Source of the DNA: Candidatus Woesebacteria bacterium
GTDB taxonomy: Bacteria; Patescibacteriota; Microgenomatia; UBA1400; PJMF01
DNA length: 39,500 nt
Reading direction: 5' to 3'
Assembly (NCBI GenBank): GCA_017992725.1
Contig: JAGOOB010000002.1
Span: 1-39,500, forward strand
Shown here: positions 36,272 to 39,500 of the stretch, one piece after another
Numbering within the stretch: position 1 is the stretch's first letter
Layout: each line of letters begins with the position of its first letter
Position numbers and translations under genes: made by a program
Notes under the pieces: model-generated
What the model was told of the DNA's origin: nothing
Databases searched by the model: none
What the model saw: only the letters and a program-made list of their open reading frames with translations

Positions 36272-39200
36272 AACTAAAAAAACAAATCGATTGTTATTAT
36301 TTTTAAGTATAATTTTGATTTTGTTAACTTTCTTCATATTCTCTTATAAAAGAAATCAAAATTGGCAATTTTATGTGGATAAGAGCATTGGACCTAACAA
36401 TAAATTTAATATTTTTGATAATTTAGTTTTTCATGATGAACAAGTTTTTTTTAATAGTCAAAATAACAATACTTATTCACTTAATCAAAAAAATGGCCAG
36501 GTTAATTGGATATTTAAAGCCGAAAACTACAGTCCCTTTCCTCCAACCATAGATGATGAACAAATTTATTTAGCAAATTTTGACGGGAATGTTTATTGCC
36601 TTAACAAAAATACTGGATATAAAATTTGGCAATTTAATACAGAAGAACAATATCAACCAGATACACCTGTATTTAAATCAAGGAATAAAAACTTAGTATT
36701 TTTTGGCTCAAGAAATGGAGCTTTATATGCCTTAAATAGTGATAATGGACAACTGGTCTGGAAAAGACAATTTAAAAAACTGGATACCAGCAGGGCTTTT
36801 GTTGCAGGGTCAATTCATTTTGGCAGTATTTATCTCGACGAAGAAGAAATATATGTTTTTAATGCACAAGAAAATAAATTTTTTTCCATCAATCAGTTAG
36901 ACGGTTCAATTAATTGGCAAATAGACAATCTTCTTTTTGACTACAGATCCCCAATATTTTTACAAAAAAACATAATTATTAAGCAAAATCAATATTTACT
37001 AAGCGTCGATAAAAAATCCGGATCAATGCAAAAAATTAATCGCCAGGGTCAAGAGAATGTTGCTTGGGAAGTATTCCAACTCGAAGATGATAATCATAAT
37101 CTTCTAATTTTAGACGATCATACTTTAATAAAAATTGATAGTAATCTTCATGAAGTTGAGTGGACTTCGAATAATATCGATAATATCCTCTATGATCAAA
37201 AAAATGCTGAAGCTCCAATAGTAAAAATTACTAATAATCGAATTATTGCCCAAACTTTCTCAAGAATTGAAAACCTTAATATTTTGATATTCGTTAATTA
37301 TGATAATGGTGAAGTTGTCCAAACACAAAAGGTTGGCAACTGGATTAATAATCAACTTTATACCGATGACACAATCTTTATTTCAAGTGGTACTGACCTT
37401 GTTTATTCTATAAATTTAGGCACGTCAGAAATAAATTGGCAAGTCGCAGTCGACGGGGAAACACAATCAATACATTTATTTGAAGAAAACTTACTTGTCA
37501 TATCACTTAAATCTAGCGGAAAAATTTGTTTGGAATATTTTGATCAAAAAACTGGAGAACGACAGTGGACGTATACCAGCAATTTTATTAGTAATAAAAA
37601 AGATATATATGTTCAAGATCGTTCCGTATATATTTTAAATCAAGACAATACAGTTCTGTATAAGATCAATATCACCAATAAAAAGCCACAAGATAAACAA
37701 ATAGAAAAAATAAATTTTACCTATGATCAGGTAAAAAACTTTAAAGATCCATATTTAAAAATAGCAACAAAAAATAATAGGCCATGGAAAATTAAACAAC
37801 AGTTTTCAGCCGTTGCATATTTGGTAAAAAATTTTAACAAAATTTCTTCGTTTACAATTAATGAAGAGATCAAAAATAATGTGCTGGAAATTTCAATCAC
37901 AAATGATGAAAATCTTTATCGCAATAAGTTTACAGATTTAAAAATTGAGGCAGTTTTTGAAAAAAAAGGTGAGCAAGAACAGATAAAAATTGGTGGTTTT
38001 TATTTTGATCATAACACTTGGAAAGTCCGCTTTTCTGCTCCAAGTGCTGGGGAATATCAATATCAAATTAGTATCAAAACTCCTTTTACCATTAAAAAAC
38101 ATTCTGGGGTCGTCCAGTTGCGTGCTGGGAAAGAGGAAGTTATTGGTGTTAAAGAACAGCTGTTTGTGATTAACGACAACACAGTTTTTTTCCCTCTTGG
38201 AATTCAAGATATCTTCGCAGATTGGAATTATAACGGTAATTTGATGGACATGATGAGTAATTCCTCTACCAAAGAACCTGTTTCTGACACAAAAGATTTC
38301 TCCTACCTAAACATTGATGATTATCTAGATCTATACCGAGAAGAAGCTAAAATAAATATTTTTCGTTACGGAGTTGATCATTGGACAATGCCCCTTTGGC
38401 ACTCAATCGATTCAGAAAATATTGTTTTGAGTGTTAATGGGGGAAAATTTGGTGATAGTTTAATTGAGAAATTAAGAGCTAGAGATATTAAAATTGTGAT
38501 GACTATTTTTGGTTTTTATCCACCTTACCGAACTTATGAAGAAATCACTAATCAAGATAATCAACAAGCTCTGGAATTTTATTTAGATTATGTGATCGCC
38601 CGTTTTTCACCTTATATCGATTTGTGGGAACTGACTAATGAAGCTGAAGCTCACGAACTTTGGTATGATTTTATTATTAGTTATCTGCAAAAAAATGACC
38701 CTTATCATCATCCCATTAGCACCAATTGGGAAACTAACTCGGCAGAGAATTTAGATTATCTTTCGGTTCATTGGTACAACCCCCATTCAACAGATCCTGG
38801 GTATTTATCTAATCAAATAGCCTACTTGAATCAAAAACATCTGGATCAAAAAAAGGCTATTCTGATTAGCGAATTTGGCTTCAAAAACTTTAGTTATTCT
38901 CCTAATTCGGCAGAAAGTATGAGATTACTCAGTTGGCTGAGTACTTTTCAAAATATGGGTCTAATTTTCTGGACACAGGGACAAAATGGCATTTATCAAA
39001 ATCCGGACAATGCTAATATTTATCTCGGTCCAATCGAACGATCTTACTTGTCAATACTAAGTAATTTTTTACCAAAAGACATGTTAGTACCTGTGGAAAA
39101 TGAATTATTTCTATTAAAGGACTTGCACACTCAAGTTTATTATTTAAAAAATAGTGATTATATTCTAGCTTACTTATTAAAAATTGACCAAAGTAAGGAA

Positions 39201-39371
39201 CAAAGTGGTTCTCTTCATTTGAATTTAGATCGTGATGCAAAATTAGAATGGGTTGATCCAAAAACAGGAAATGTCTTTGAAGAAAAAGTATTAAAAAGCG
39301 GTGAGCAAATTATTTTAATTCCCAATTTTAATGTAGATTTAGCCATGAAAATTAGGTATTTGAACAATTAA
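36255..39371 (+). CDS. Membrane-anchored multidomain protein: PQQ-like beta-propeller repeats, a DUF5060-like Ig domain and a clan GH-A (GH5-like) TIM-barrel glycoside hydrolase
   Basis: 1038 aa. N-terminal TM LLLFLSIILILLTFFIF. Repeated propeller blades (NGQVNWIFKA, DGNVYCLNKNTGYKIWQF, NGALYALNSDNGQLVWKRQF, DGSINWQI, TSEINWQVAV, TGERQWTY). DUF5060-like GGFYFDHNTWKVRFSAPSAGEYQYQISI. GH-A motifs IDLWELTNEAE (acid/base), LSVHWYN and AILISEFGF (nucleophile). Confidence 0.6.
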   Translation: MKNKVKTKKTNRLLLFLSIILILLTFFIFSYKRNQNWQFYVDKSIGPNNKFNIFDNLVFHDEQVFFNSQNNNTYSLNQKNGQVNWIFKAENYSPFPPTIDDEQIYLANFDGNVYCLNKNTGYKIWQFNTEEQYQPDTPVFKSRNKNLVFFGSRNGALYALNSDNGQLVWKRQFKKLDTSRAFVAGSIHFGSIYLDEEEIYVFNAQENKFFSINQLDGSINWQIDNLLFDYRSPIFLQKNIIIKQNQYLLSVDKKSGSMQKINRQGQENVAWEVFQLEDDNHNLLILDDHTLIKIDSNLHEVEWTSNNIDNILYDQKNAEAPIVKITNNRIIAQTFSRIENLNILIFVNYDNGEVVQTQKVGNWINNQLYTDDTIFISSGTDLVYSINLGTSEINWQVAVDGETQSIHLFEENLLVISLKSSGKICLEYFDQKTGERQWTYTSNFISNKKDIYVQDRSVYILNQDNTVLYKINITNKKPQDKQIEKINFTYDQVKNFKDPYLKIATKNNRPWKIKQQFSAVAYLVKNFNKISSFTINEEIKNNVLEISITNDENLYRNKFTDLKIEAVFEKKGEQEQIKIGGFYFDHNTWKVRFSAPSAGEYQYQISIKTPFTIKKHSGVVQLRAGKEEVIGVKEQLFVINDNTVFFPLGIQDIFADWNYNGNLMDMMSNSSTKEPVSDTKDFSYLNIDDYLDLYREEAKINIFRYGVDHWTMPLWHSIDSENIVLSVNGGKFGDSLIEKLRARDIKIVMTIFGFYPPYRTYEEITNQDNQQALEFYLDYVIARFSPYIDLWELTNEAEAHELWYDFIISYLQKNDPYHHPISTNWETNSAENLDYLSVHWYNPHSTDPGYLSNQIAYLNQKHLDQKKAILISEFGFKNFSYSPNSAESMRLLSWLSTFQNMGLIFWTQGQNGIYQNPDNANIYLGPIERSYLSILSNFLPKDMLVPVENELFLLKDLHTQVYYLKNSDYILAYLLKIDQSKEQSGSLHLNLDRDAKLEWVDPKTGNVFEEKVLKSGEQIILIPNFNVDLAMKIRYLNN

Positions 39372-39372
39372 A

Positions 39373-39500
39373 ATGCTAAAAAATAAAATTATTATTCTGC
39401 CCCTGGAAGGTTCGTGGGATCACAGTGCTGATTTTCTGCGACAAACTGCCTTCACCTTAAGTAAAAATAATTTGGTCTACATCTATGATCAAAACAATCA
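39373..39500 (+). CDS. 5' fragment of a further ORF (continues beyond the window), function unknown
   Basis: The ATG at 39373 lies 1 nt after the preceding stop, and the frame stays open to the window end (MLKNKIIILPLEGSWDHSADFLRQTAFTLSKNNLVYIYDQNN...). It is probably another glycan-locus gene. Confidence 0.3.
   Translation, partial: MLKNKIIILPLEGSWDHSADFLRQTAFTLSKNNLVYIYDQNN

Noticed and set aside
22857-39500. Many A8-A9 (and T8-T9) homopolymer tracts inside glycosyltransferase genes as phase-variation switches. Examples are at about 30308-30316, 31365, 31433, 31615, 32751-32759, 33144 and 35165.
   Set aside because: They mostly encode Lys runs (AAA codons) in an extremely AT-rich genome. 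Comparable tracts occur in non-glycan genes, for example A9 on the coding strand at 4072-4080. Length polymorphism cannot be seen from a single sequence. It is only worth testing with population reads.

Overview
AT-rich, very gene-dense bacterial chromosome segment. It uses the standard genetic code (TGA acts as a stop in ATGA stop/start overlaps). Several convergent genes overlap at their 3' ends. By inference it resembles a small-genome Patescibacteria/CPR-type organism. All domain calls below come from motif recognition by eye; no HMM searches were run.

Left part (1-9.9 kb): a GH18-like gene fragment, a large doubly anchored surface protein, PilN/PilO-like genes, murJ, rpsT-lepA, a SurA-N-like chaperone and a bPH2 membrane protein.

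Centre: a 16S-less rRNA unit on the minus strand, tRNA-Ala(UGC)-23S-5S, spanning 9905-13304. It has a long helix bracketing the 23S, an extended 5S stem, two boxA-like elements and a candidate promoter. Directly upstream lies an eight-gene co-directional array (13469-20206). It comprises an untracked 50-aa ORF, three unrecognisable proteins, a membrane-anchored GH3/NagZ-like enzyme, a polytopic membrane protein, a DUF192 protein and an orphan VirD4/TraD-type ATPase. No VirB4, relaxase or integrase is present. rpsA and pgk follow.

Right 16.6 kb (22857-39500): a visibly more AT-rich surface-glycan locus. It contains two Wzy_C (O-antigen ligase/polymerase-like) proteins, two GT-C (ArnT/PMT-like) membrane transferases, a SAM methyltransferase, a GT2-YdjC deacetylase fusion, two GT4s, a GT26 (TagA/WecB/CpsF) enzyme and a clear GDP-mannose 3,5-epimerase orthologue. 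It also holds a duplicated-module membrane protein and a 1038-aa PQQ-propeller/DUF5060/GH-A hydrolase fusion.

The best candidates for something new are the GT2-YdjC plus GT-C module and the ATPase-terminated eight-gene array. No CRISPR array, transposase, integrase or recognisable defence genes were seen.
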